DNA from: Mobula hypostoma
Taxonomy: Eukaryota
Assembly (NCBI RefSeq): GCF_963921235.1
Contig: NC_086108.1
Span: 53,818,001-53,882,000, forward strand
Reading direction: 5' to 3'
Length of the DNA stretch: 64,000 nucleotides
The translations under genes were made by a program, and so were the position numbers. Positions 51,894 through 63,064 of the stretch are shown here, one piece after another. The notes below the pieces were generated by a model, which was given only the letters and a program-made list of their open reading frames with translations, was not told the origin of the DNA and ran no database searches. Numbering within the stretch: the stretch's first letter is position 1; the number at the start of each line of letters is the position of its first letter.

Positions 51894-52116
51894 ATTTAAA
51901 AACACAAACACAAGGAAATCTGCAGATGCTGGAAATTCAAGCAACACACACAAAATGCTGGTGGAACGCAGCAGGCCAGGCAGCATCTATAGGAAGAAGT
52001 ACAGTTGACGTTTCGGGCCGAGTCCTGATGAAGGGTCTTGGCCCGAAACGTCGACTGTACCTCTTCCTATAGATGCTGCCTGGCCTGCTGCGTTCACCAG
52101 CATTTTGTGTGTGTTG
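51894..52116. mobile_element. young palindromic Penelope-like pLTR insertion with 13-bp TSD
   Basis: Inverted arms of about 80 bp. The TSD attgcgcttttga lies at 51881-51893 and 52117-52129, and the insertion interrupts the CR1 APE region. Confidence 0.9.
52021..52056 (+). ncRNA. minimal type I hammerhead ribozyme motif, core intact
   Basis: AGUC (stem I) - CUGAUGA - A - GGGU/CUUG/GCCC (stem II) - GAAA - CG - UC^ - GACU (stem I'). Predicted cleavage is after C52052 (GUC), and stem III is the palindromic ACGU. Confidence 0.8.
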
Positions 52117-53568
52117 ATTGCGCTTTTGACATGTGTTTTCCATCTCCCATTGTAATTTGTAGCCTACATCCTGCCTACTGTTTGGTGGTCTGTATGTAAC
52201 TCCTATCAGGGTCTTTTTACCCTTACAGTTTCTAAACTCTACCCACAAAGATTCTACATCTGATCCTATGTCACCTCTTTCTCAGGATTTCATTTCATTC
52301 TTCCAGCCCCTCTGCCTAACTGCCTGTCCTTTTGATATAATGTGTATCCTTGGATGTTAAGCTCCATATAATGATCTTCATTCAGCCATGACTCAGTGAT
52401 GCCCACAACATCATACCTGCGAATCTATCACTGTGCCACAAGATCATCTACCTTATTCCATATGCTACATGCATTCAACACTTTCAGTCCTGTATTTGTC
52501 ACCCTTTTTGACTTTGTTCCCCTATTACATTGCAACTCCTCACAGCTAAGGACTTGAACACAAGATCTACCTGCACTTCTAGCCAAGCTGTTTCAGGAGT
52601 GGGAAAATGTTACTTTCAATGTAAACATGCAGGAAAATGGTCAAATGTGTCATGTTTTCAAAGAGCAGGACAAATCCTATCCGTTTAATTACTGCCCAGC
52701 AATCCATTTCCATTCATCAGCATAGTGAAGGAAGGTGTTATTGGCAAAGCAGTCAAGTATTGTTTACTCACCAATTATCTGCTCACTGATACCATATTGG
52801 GGTTCACCTGAACCGCTCAGCTCTGGACCTTATTGAACCCTAGGTCCAAAGATGAACCAAAGAACTGGAATTCAGGTGCGAGGGGAGATTGACCGTCCTT
52901 GATAGAAAGGCAAGATTTGACTGAGTGTGACATCAAAGGCCCATGGTAAAACATGGTATCGGGGGAATGAACTGCAGCGCTTAGAATCATACTCACACAA
53001 AGGAAAATGGTGATTTTTGCTGTAAGAGGTCATCCAACAGTGCACTGAGACATCACTGCAAGAGTTCCTTCCAGCAGTGTCTTTGGCCTAACCATATTCA
53101 TCAATCTCCTTCTTTTCATTACAAAGGCAGGAGGAAGATATCTGGTAATTGTGCAGTGTTCAGTTCATTTGCAATCCTTCAGTAAATGAAGCAGTCTATC
53201 AGTGTATGCATTAAGACCCAGGCAATACACAAATATGGTCTGATAGGTGGCAGAGTACCAATTTCAAGAATCTTATAGCAAATAACAGCAGTGCCACTTG
53301 AGACTTTTTTTCAAATCTGGTAAATGTTACAATAACAACAGCCCCAGTCAGTTCCAGGTACACCAGGAGCTCTACTGCTCAGTAATATTTGCCCATGGTG
53401 CTTGTCTTATGTGGCTGTAAAAGATGAAATCCCACAGGCTGCCCAGTGATAGCCTCTGAACTTATCTTCATTTGACGTCCATACACAATTTCCAATGAAT
53501 TGTGCTGGATATGAAAGGCTTGCTGATATTCACCTCTCTTAACTCCACACATCAAGTATCACTTTGGC

Positions 53569-54139
53569 AAACACGAGAAAATCTGCAGATGCTGGAATTT
53601 CAAGCAACACACATAAAAGTTGCTGGTGAACGCAGCAGGCCAGGCAGCATCTCTAGGAAGAGGTACAGTCGACGTTTCGGGCCGAGACCTTTCGTCAGGA
53701 CTAACTGAAAGAAGAGCTAGTAAGAGATTTGAAAGGGGGAGGGGTAGGGGGAGATCCAAAATGATAGGAGAAGACAGGAGGGGGAGGGATGGAGCCAAGA
53801 GCTGGACAGGTGATAGGCAAAAGGGATATGAGAGGATCATGGGATGGGAGGCCTAGGGAACAAGATAAGGGGGGGGGAAGCCCAGAGGATGGGCAAGGGG
53901 TATAGTGAGAGGGAGAGAATGAGAGAGAAAAAGAATGTGTGTATATAAATAAATAAATAATGGATGGGGTACGAGGGGGAGGTGGGGCATTAACAGAAGT
54001 TTGAGAAGCCAGTGTTCATGCCATCAGGTTGGAGGCTACCCAGATGGAATATAAGGTGTTGTTCCTCCAACCTGAGTGTGGCTTCATCTTTACAGTAGAG
54101 GAGGCCATGGATAGACATATCAGAATGGGACGTGGAATT
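53569..54139 (-). mobile_element. young 5'-truncated Penelope-like element (GIY-YIG C-terminus 54139-53990 plus pLTR)
   Basis: The minus frame NSTSHSDMSIHGLLYCKDEATLRLEEQHLIFHLGSLQPDGMNTGFSNFC* is uninterrupted and is followed by a pyrimidine-rich tract, a hammerhead and the shared 3' end. Confidence 0.85.
53667..53702 (-). ncRNA. minimal type I hammerhead ribozyme motif
   Basis: The minus strand reads AGUC-CUGACGA-A-AGGU/CUCG/GCCC-GAAA-CG-UC^-GACU. The first stem II pair is an A-C mismatch. Confidence 0.72.
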
Positions 54140-54886
54140 ATGATTCTGAGTTTAATTTTATCGAAAGGTACAAAAAAATTTCAAATTCAATTTCAAAAGT
54201 TTAAAAACATTGCCTCTTTGGAATTTATAATGAGTATATCCTTGGCTTGGAGCCAGCTATTGTTTGCCAAAAGGAAAGGAAAAGGGTGCTAAGTATCTGT
54301 GTGAAGGATAGAAAATGTTGAAAGTTAACAGAATATCAGTCTTACAGATCGGCCATGATTTTTGGAGAATACTGTACAAGTAATACAGACAAATAATGTT
54401 CTTTGAAGATCATCTGTAACCAATCAGCTTCCAATGAATTTGACGATCTGTCATTTTGGAGCAATTCAGAATTGAAGATAAATCACTCACTTGCCCTGCA
54501 GAGTCCAGATCTTCAAAGCAATAATCATTGGTCTTCAGAGCAAGCAAGTATTAACAGTGTGCTTATTGCCTGTTGTGTTTAGGCCAACTAATCTGGTGTT
54601 CAGGTTTTTGCAGACACTGTTGGAGGAAATGGCTGTAAGTAAGTGAAAGTATTGGCTGTCTGTGGTACTCACTTCTGAACATCGTGGTTTTACCATTTTA
54701 AAGTGAAAGTGACTAAAGATACATTTCTTGCTGTAATGTTAGAACTACAGAATATTAATTAAAAACAAACACGGATTCTGTTTGTCTGAAAAACAGAAAT
54801 GATGGAAAGTTCAAACAAATCAGGTAGCATCTGTAGAAAGGGAAACAGACTGAAGGCATTTGGTCAGTTTTGTTTGTCATTCCACA

Positions 54887-56330
54887 GATAGATAGAAAGA
54901 CAGGTAGATACTTTATTGATCCCAAGGAAATTACCGTGTCACAGTAGCATTACAAGTGCACAGGTATAAATATTAGAAGAGAAGTAGAAAGAATAAGAAA
55001 TAAGTTACCACGAACAGTCTAACAGGAGGGGGGCATCAGTTCCCCGGCTATAGGTTGACTCATTATACAGCCTTATGGCCGAGGGTCAGAATGACCTCAT
55101 ATAGTGCTCTTCGGAGCAGTGCAGTTGTCTTAGTCTATTACTAAAAGTGTACCGCTATTCAGCCAAGGTAGTACGCAGAGGGTGAGAACCATTGTCCAGA
55201 ACTGCCAGAACTTTACGTAGGGTCCTTTGTTCTACCACAGCCTCCCCACAACAGACAGGTAGAATATGTGAAGGAGAGGCCTGAATACTCCAAAGCACTT
55301 CCGTCTCCTCAGAAAGTAGAGGTGACTCTGGCCCTTCTTGTACACAGCCTCTGTGTTAATTCTCCACTCAAGTCTGTCATCCAGGTGCGCCCTCAGGTAC
55401 TTGTAGGTCCTCACTACATCCATGTCCTCACCATCAATAGTAACAGGGAGCAATGCAGGCTTAGTTTTCCTAAATTCCATCAACATCAAATTTGTCAAAT
55501 GGTGCAAGCTGAATCATCTGTAGCACAACATCACCAAGACAAAGTCCTTCACCAGAGCCCTGTATTCATCTTCTTGTCCCCCCTTTATACACCTAACTAC
55601 TGCTGAGTCATCAGAGAATTTCTGCAGACGCCATGACTCAGTGTTGTATCTAAAGTCCGAGGTATACAGGGCAAACAGGAAGGGAGCCAGTACAGTCCCC
55701 TGTGGGGCCCCAGTGCTGCTTATAGCCATGCCTGATGCATTGCTCTGAAGCCGCACAAACTGTGGTCTGCCAGTCATGTACTCCATTATCCAGGATACAA
55801 TGGAACTACCAATCTGCATTGAATGAGCTTTTGCTGCCAGCAATGAGGGCAGTATGGTATCGAAGGCACTAGAGAAATCAAAAACCACGATCCTCACAGT
55901 GCTGCCCTCCTGATCCATATGGGAGTGGGCACTGTTCAGCAGGTCGATGACAGCGCCGTCAACTCCAGTGTGCTCCTGGTAGGCAAACTGTGAGCAATTG
56001 AGGGTTGATCTGACCAGGGATCGGAGTTGAGCTAGGACCAGCCTCTTTAGGGTCTTCATGATGTGTGAAGTCAGGGTCACTGGAAGGTAGTCATCCAAGA
56101 CTTTCGGTTGGCCCTTTTTGGGTACTGAGACCACACACGATGTTTTTCACACGGTTGACCCTTTCCAGGCTGAGGCTCAGTTTGAAAATGTGTTGGAGAA
56201 CTCCACACAACTACTCAGCACACTCCTTCAGGACCTTGGGGTTCACACCATCCGGTCCCAATGCTTTGCCATGTCTGAGTTTCCCCAGAACCCTTCTCAC
56301 CTGCTGAGATACTGCCTGACCAACCTGTGT
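54887..56330 (-). mobile_element. Rex1/Babar LINE RT and 3' end
   Basis: ORF 55514-56134 reads DYLPVTLTSHIMKTLKRL...QFAYQEHTGVDGA...FDFSSAFDTI...STGAPQGTVLAPFLF...KFSDDSAVV, and there is a (tcta)n tail at about 54890. Confidence 0.92.
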
Positions 56331-56980
56331 GTTTCTGGTATTTTTTTAAAATTACTAAACATTACAAACTGTGGAATATTTATGATTTTCAACGTAACTT
56401 TTTTTTAAATTGTCCCCTATATATTTCTTCTACAAGTGTCACATTTTCATTTTTGAAAGGAATGACATATTGGGATGTGATCATGTAAAAAGAAACTGAA
56501 TTCCTGTTACCTCCACCCACCACCCAGCACCAACTGACCACAGTATTCAGTGAGCTTCAGAGAACACAGTTAAATAGGCAAGTTTGATCTTGCCTGACAT
56601 GTCCATTTGCACATTTTCTAGCAACAGCTAAATGAACAAAGACAAAGGCAGGAATGCCAGCAGACTCTTCCCCTCATTAACTCAGGACAACTGAGATGAC
56701 ATGCAAGGCTGCAGCTGGCATGCTAGTTGAGATGCACCTTTATTTACAAACCACTGCCAAAAGCTGGGTAACTCTCAAAGATATTTTTTGTTTCCTCTTT
56801 GCAATTTGTTTTCTCTTATTGTTTTCAACGAAGAGAGAGTGAAGGTGTATCCTGCTCACTAATCTCAGACTGTAAACTCAGATGCCCTGTGATTCAGCAC
56901 TGAGATCACCGTCTCAGAGTCCTTGCAGTTAGTGATTACACAGCAAATATTTTCTTATCTTTAGCCAAAATTAAGAAATA

Positions 56981-58586
56981 CAGTGCCTTGTAAAAGTATT
57001 CAGCTCCCAACAGAAAACATTGTTTATGTAAGTGAGTATTACAACCAGGGATTTTGATCAACTTAACTGAGAATCTTTATTTGTGAATCACATGCTCTTT
57101 TGCACAGTGGAGCCTAAAAGACGGGGAAAACTTTAAAAACTGAAAAGCTAAAAATTGAAAGACTGAAATGTCAGCAGTTCAAAAGTATTCATGCCCCTTT
57201 GCTCAGTACTTAGCTGAACCCCCCCCCCCCATTACAGCTATTACAGCCAGTGGCTTTTTCCGATAAGTCTCTATTGGCTTTGCACAACATGATGGAGCAA
57301 GATTTGCCCATTCCTCCTTGGAAAGTTGCTCAAGCTGTGCCAGGTTAGTTGGGTAGCAGTGGCGGACAGCAATCTTGAGATCTTGCCAAAGATTGGGGTA
57401 AGGTTAAGGCTCTGACTGCTCCATTTAAGGATATCAATTTTCATCATTTAAAGCCTCTCCATGTTTGCTCTGACAGTGTGCCTTGGGTCATTATCCTGCT
57501 GAAAGACGAACTTCCTCCACAGTTTAAGCTTTCTGGCAGAGGCTAGCAGGTTTTCATCCAGGATCTCTCTGTATTTAGCAGCATTCATCTTCCCATCAAT
57601 CCTATCTGGATTTTCAGTTCCTCCTGCTGAAAAACATCCCCACAGCATGAAGCTATCTCCACCATACTTTACAGTAGGGATGGTGTTATTTGGCTGATGT
57701 GCAGTATTAGATTTACACCTCACGTACCACTCAGTGTTGAGGCCAAAAATATTCCACTTTAGTCTCATCGACCACAAGACCTTCTTCCACATCTTTACAA
57801 TATCTTCTAAATGATGCTTTGCAAAGTCTTTACAGGCAAGGATATTTTTTTTTAAGCCAGAGATTCTTCTCTGCCACTCTTCCACGAATACCCTTTTTGT
57901 GCAAGGACTTAGAAATTGTGGAGCCATGAACTTCATCTCCAGTTGCAGCCACTGACTTTTGCAGGTGTCTCAGAGTGATTTTTGGCATCACAGTAGCCTC
58001 TCTTATGAGTGTCATTCTTTTCCAGCAACTAAGTTTATCGGGACAGCCTAATTTAGACAGTGTGGCTATGGTTTCATATTTTCTGCTTTTCTATGATGGA
58101 CTGCTCTGAGCCTTGAGGTATGCTTGGTGCCTTTGAGATGGTCTTGTACTCGTCCTCCGATTTGTGTTTTTCTATTATCATTTCTCTGACTTGCCTTGAA
58201 TGCTCTTTTGTCTTCATTTTGGTTTGGTCTGTTGAAAATCTACCATACTGTTGGACCTTACAGAGAGAGGGGGTATTTATTCAGGTGATCCTCCAATTTT
58301 CTACATCAACAAATTGGATAGTTTGTAAGGTAGTATATAGTATTGCACCTGAGGAAAATTACTGTAGTAATTACAAAGAGAATGAATGTTTTATCAGCCT
58401 CACAATTTTGGTTTTTAATTTTAGTACATTGTTTACAGATTTTGGAATTTTTGTTTTGATTGACATGATGCATAATGTTTTGTAGATTACCACAAAAAAT
58501 CCTACGTCAATATATTTTAAAATTTTTAAATGGGGAAGTAAAATGTGAAAATATTGGTGGGAGCTGTATGTTTTTTCAAGGCAATG
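56981..58586 (-). mobile_element. full-length decayed Tc1 DNA transposon; transposase pseudogene about 58217-57203
   Basis: TA flanks both ends (56979-80, 58587-88). The TIRs are cagtgccttgtaaaagtattcagctccca and tgggagctgtatgttttttcaaggcaatg, with an inner DR aaaagtattca at 57181. The protein runs MKTKEHSRQVRE...TVKYGGDSFMLWGCFS...FQQDNDPRH...GSAKY*. Confidence 0.92.
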
Positions 58587-59329
58587 TAGTTACTATGTGG
58601 CCATTTATTCTCTCAAATAATTTCTACATACTATAAATCTGCTGCTCAGTTTGAAATCACACAAGGAAACTATATGCAGGTTTGGCAAATTGTGCCATAT
58701 ATGATTTCCAACCCAATGTAATTTTATGTCAAAGTCTGTTAAATAAGTTTATTTTTGATTTAACCCACTCAATCAGTTAACACCAAGAAAAATCCTGTTC
58801 CCAAACTATACTGCTGAAGGTCTGAGGGATTCAAAAAGGTGGAGGGATCTTGATGTCTTGAGTATGCATTTTATAAGAACAGTGTTTCTGCAGTATCAGT
58901 TATCCTTCTGTATACACCACTATAAATTCAATGGAGCCAATGACCTCCTACTGTGTCCCAATTTTACTTTGCTGTGTGGGGGCTTTGCACTGGAACTGTA
59001 ACATCAGCTGTGGGATCGAACTGGCAGAAAAGTAATGCATGAATGATACAACATGCTTCAGTGAAACGTAACTGAAACAAATGTAAAGTGAAAGAGAAAC
59101 ACAGAAACTGGAGGCAAGAAAACTGGGCCCTTTCTGCCTTGTGTATTATTCAATTATCAAGTTTAGGGCAGTTAAGGAAGCTCTTGATGAAGAGAAGTGT
59201 ATGGCAAAGAAAGGGTTTAGAGAGGGAAATCTAGCGGTGGGAACCTCAATAGTTGAAAGTAGCATTAACAAAAATATAACTATTAATACTGTCAGTGCCA
59301 CAAATCAAACAGCTCAGGAAATGGGGGAT

Positions 59330-60660
59330 ATATAACCATATAACAATTACAGCACAGAAACAGGCCATCTCGGCCCTTCTAGTCTGTGCCGAATGCTTAC
59401 TCTCACCTAGTCCCACCGACCTGCACTCAGCCCGTAACCCTCCATTCCTTTCCTGTCCTTATAGCTATCCAATTTAACTTTAAATGACAATATCGAGCCT
59501 GCCTCTACCACTTCTACTGGAAGCTCATTCCACACAGCTACCACTCTCTGAGTAAAGAAGTTTCCCCCTCATGTTACCCCTAAACTTTTGCCCCCTAACT
59601 CTCAACTCATGTCCTCTTATTTGAATCTCCCCTACTCTCAATAGAAAAAGCCTATCCATGTTAACTCTGTCTATCCCCCTCATAATTATAAATACCTCTG
59701 TCAAGTCCCCCCTCAACCTTCTACGCTCCAAAGAATACAGACCCAACTTGTTCAACCTTTCCCTGTAACTTAGGTGCTGAAACCCAGGTAACATTCTCGT
59801 AAATCTTCTCTGTACTCTCTCTATTTTGATGACATTTCCTATAATTCGGTGACCAGAACTGTACTCAATACTCCAAATTTGGCCTTACCAACGCCTTGTA
59901 CAATTTTAATATTACATCCCAACTCCAATGCTCAATGCTCTGATTTATAAAGGCCAGCATACCAAAAGCCTTCTTCACCACCCTATCCACATGAGATTCC
60001 ACCTTCAGGGAACTATGCACCATTATTCCTAGATCCCTCTGTTCTACTGCATTCTTCAATGCCCTACCATTTACCATGTATGTCCTATTTTGATTAGTCC
60101 TACCAAAATGTAGCACCTCACACTTATCAGCATTAAACTCCATTTGCCATCTTTCAGCCCACTCTTCTAGCTGGCCTAAATCTCTCTGCAAGCTTTGAAA
60201 GCCTACTTCATTACCCACAATGCCACCGATCTTAGTATCATCTGCATACTTATTAATCCAATTTACCACCCCATCATCTGGATCATTAATGTATATGACA
60301 AACAACATTGGATCCAGTACAGATCCCTGAGGCACACCGCTACACACCGTCCTCCAATCTGACAAACAGTTATCCACCACTACTCTCTGGTGTCTCCCAT
60401 CCAGCCACTATTGAATACATTTTCCTATTTCAATATTAATGAAGGAATGCTAATAAAGGAACGATTGAACCTTCCTAACTAACCTTCCGTGTGGAACCTT
60501 GTCAAAGGCCTTACTAAAGTCCATATAGACAACATCCACCGCTTTACCCTCATCAACCTTCCTAATAACCTCTTCAAAAAATTCAATAAGATTTGTCAAA
60601 CATGACCTTCCACGCACAAATCCATGTTGACTGTTCCTAATCAGACCCTGTCTATTCCAG
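59330..60660 (-). mobile_element. 5'-truncated CR1 LINE RT and 3' end
   Basis: SGVPQGSVLDPMLFVIYIND...KYADDTK...WAERWQMEFNADKC...LVRPNLEY and LERRRLRGDL. Confidence 0.92.
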
Positions 60661-62714
60661 ACAATTGTATATAATTATGAGGTGAGATTAGTTCATAGTG
60701 AAAAGATGGATGAGGCAGAGGAGTACTTTTACCCCAAAAATGTTATGTTGAACTTGAAGAAAAGGAAGGGTGTAACCAGACTAATGCCTTTCAATGGAGG
60801 ACAACACTTTCAAATCCATAGGGTGTGAAAAAACAACTATAGCCAACAAAATAGTTCTGAATTTTACTGTTTATTATTATGCAAGGAATATGGTAGATGC
60901 TATTTTTCATAGTGAGTTCCTACAAACATCCAAGAGGTTACTGAAATTTTGTTTGAGTCATGTCTGTGCATCAGCAAACTTCAATTAGAACTTAACGTTC
61001 TTGCTCCTTTCTGAATGGCATTGCGCCTCTGGGGTCTTGGTTGGTGACTTTTCTGAAAGGGGGTAAATATGAGAAAGTGGGATTGCAATATGTTACACAG
61101 TGTTGTCTGTTGTTCCAAAGTCTCCACCATAGTGTCCGTTCACTTCTTCCACCCGGAGGTTCACCATTTTTCATTTTGTACCTCATCCTGTCAAAATCTT
61201 AGGTCATGGTTTTGTCTGGTACTGCATTAATATATAGGTATTATGGTATCGATGAGGCTGTGGCATTATCTGCTTAGATGCCCTGCATCTAAATCCATGC
61301 CTGAAAATTCAGTCACTGGACACTAATAAAATAAATTATATTTTTGTGTTAAACTTAAATTGATGTGGATATCTGGAGGGAGATGAGAAAATGCCGAGCT
61401 AAAAACTTTACAATGCCATTCTCAAACTGACTGAGGCACAGCATTTTTTTATGTGCAAAGTTAACCTCTTGTCCAAGTTGTAGGCTCATTTACAGAACTC
61501 ATGCAGAAGGCATTATTTCCATATATAGTCCAGATTTGGAAGTCAAAGCAAATGCTTTTTAACACAATAGTATTATGTACAGAGATCTAAATAGCATTTC
61601 ATTCTGCTCAGAGAAAAAAGAACAATTGGAGGAGGAACTGTTAATATTAGCTTAGACCAAGATACTTATCAGAAAACCTACATAGTGAGCTTAAAACAGA
61701 CAATATGCAATTAAAATGTAATGATAATTTTTTTCAGATATTGCAAGATCTTAGCTCAGCTATGTTTTTGGCTTCCTTGTTCAGCTGTTATTTTGTGGAT
61801 AAATCATAATTATTCTATTCACCTAATTATTTTAATAGTTTTGTACTGATCACATTGACCATTTCCAAGTCAAGATGTGATTGTGAGCGTGGGCAGAGGG
61901 TTATGAAAATAGGAATTTTCCTGTCATGATGCCCCAGGCAGCATGACAATGGACAGATTTAATAGATCATTGTCCATTGTTACTGTGTAGAAGGTCTTAG
62001 ATTTTATCTCTGGCTATGCTGAATTAGTCAACCTCAGCATAATTGAGGTGCTGTTAATTGTTTGGATATTCCCTGTGCTACATTTGGGGAAATTTACTTG
62101 AAATTTGTCAGTGGCTCAGTAATATGAGCCAGTGGTTGGTTTCCTCTGAAAGCCAATCGTAGTCAGTGGCTATTTTTTTCACAAGATAAATTATTCGGGT
62201 TATTGAGACCTGGACTAATCACTGCCCACATCCTTCATGGAAAAGCAGATGGAATGGTTTTGATTTATTCTCAATGAATACTTTCATGGAAGACTCAAGT
62301 AGCAATGATCTGCTTTCTTTAATGTTGTTTCTAGGCATCATTAAAAGGATTTGACTAAATCATCTAAGTCACCTTTCATTGTTCCTTTTGACGTGACTGC
62401 ATGTCCTCCATTCCAAATTCCCAAGGGCAGACCTTTTCATCATCAAGTCCCACAGCAGTCAAACATTTGATGTGGCAAAGCCTTCAGGACTGAGTGACAG
62501 CCAGTAACTTGTCAGAAACCCTTCAGGACTGTGTGGCTAACCATTGAGTGCTGGGCTCCGAGGTTTCTGCAGCACCTGTATTTGTTAATTATTGTCTTAA
62601 CTAGAATTGTTAAACCCTTGTGCTTTCTGTTTAATCTCGTCAAGTTTATTTTGACAGGTTTTCCGAGTTCTGTGGATTACTTAAGGGTGGTGGAGTGGAA
62701 ATCCTTCTTTACCA

Positions 62715-63064
62715 AAGGAGGTGTAAGGTGCTCTTTCCCTCCACTAGCCTGCAGGTCACCCTTGGGCAAGGTGTAACACCTTCTTAGCCCTCTGATCAAG
62801 GTCATATGGAGCCATAGGAGTAGGCGATGTATGGTTGTATGAGCAGCTGGTGAATATCACAAGTCCTGGTTATGTGACCACTGATGCCAGGTAGACAAGC
62901 TCTGAAGGGTATTCATGGCTGGGGTCACCCTTCTTGTAAATACACTGCCCAGAAGGCAGCAATGGCAAACCAATTCAGTAGAAAAATTTGCCAAAAACAA
63001 TAATGCTCATAAGACCATGGTCACTCACATCATATGACATGCCACATAATGATGATAATGATGT
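62715..63064 (+). mobile_element. non-autonomous RTE-related short retroposon (tentative)
   Basis: cccttgggcaagg...aatggcaaacca...aaatttgccaaaaaca (RTE-UTR-like motif) with an (atg)n tail. Confidence 0.45.

Larger units (their letters stand above)
49450..52530 (-). mobile_element. CR1 LINE ORF2 (APE to 3' end), decayed
   Basis: GVTYRPPNS, LRGLKVDKSPGPGRLHLRVLKE, PHLRLLNK and GLDRVDVERMFP...FFSQMVVNLWNSLP are present, with a tail at about 49450. Confidence 0.88.
49270..53260 (+). mobile_element. old CR1-type LINE split by a roughly 3-kb antisense CR1
   Basis: The left half reads AETFTTMFSQKC...KKQLRALDTKKVMEPDN. The right half (after about 52535) continues LLAKLFQ...QDKSYPFNYCP. Confidence 0.6.

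Noticed and set aside
60992..61260. Protein-looking minus-strand frame (MRYKMKNGEPPGG...WWRLWNN) as an endogenous viral fragment
   Set aside because: There are in-frame stops just upstream and no recognisable motif. A tBLASTx/HHpred hit would be needed.
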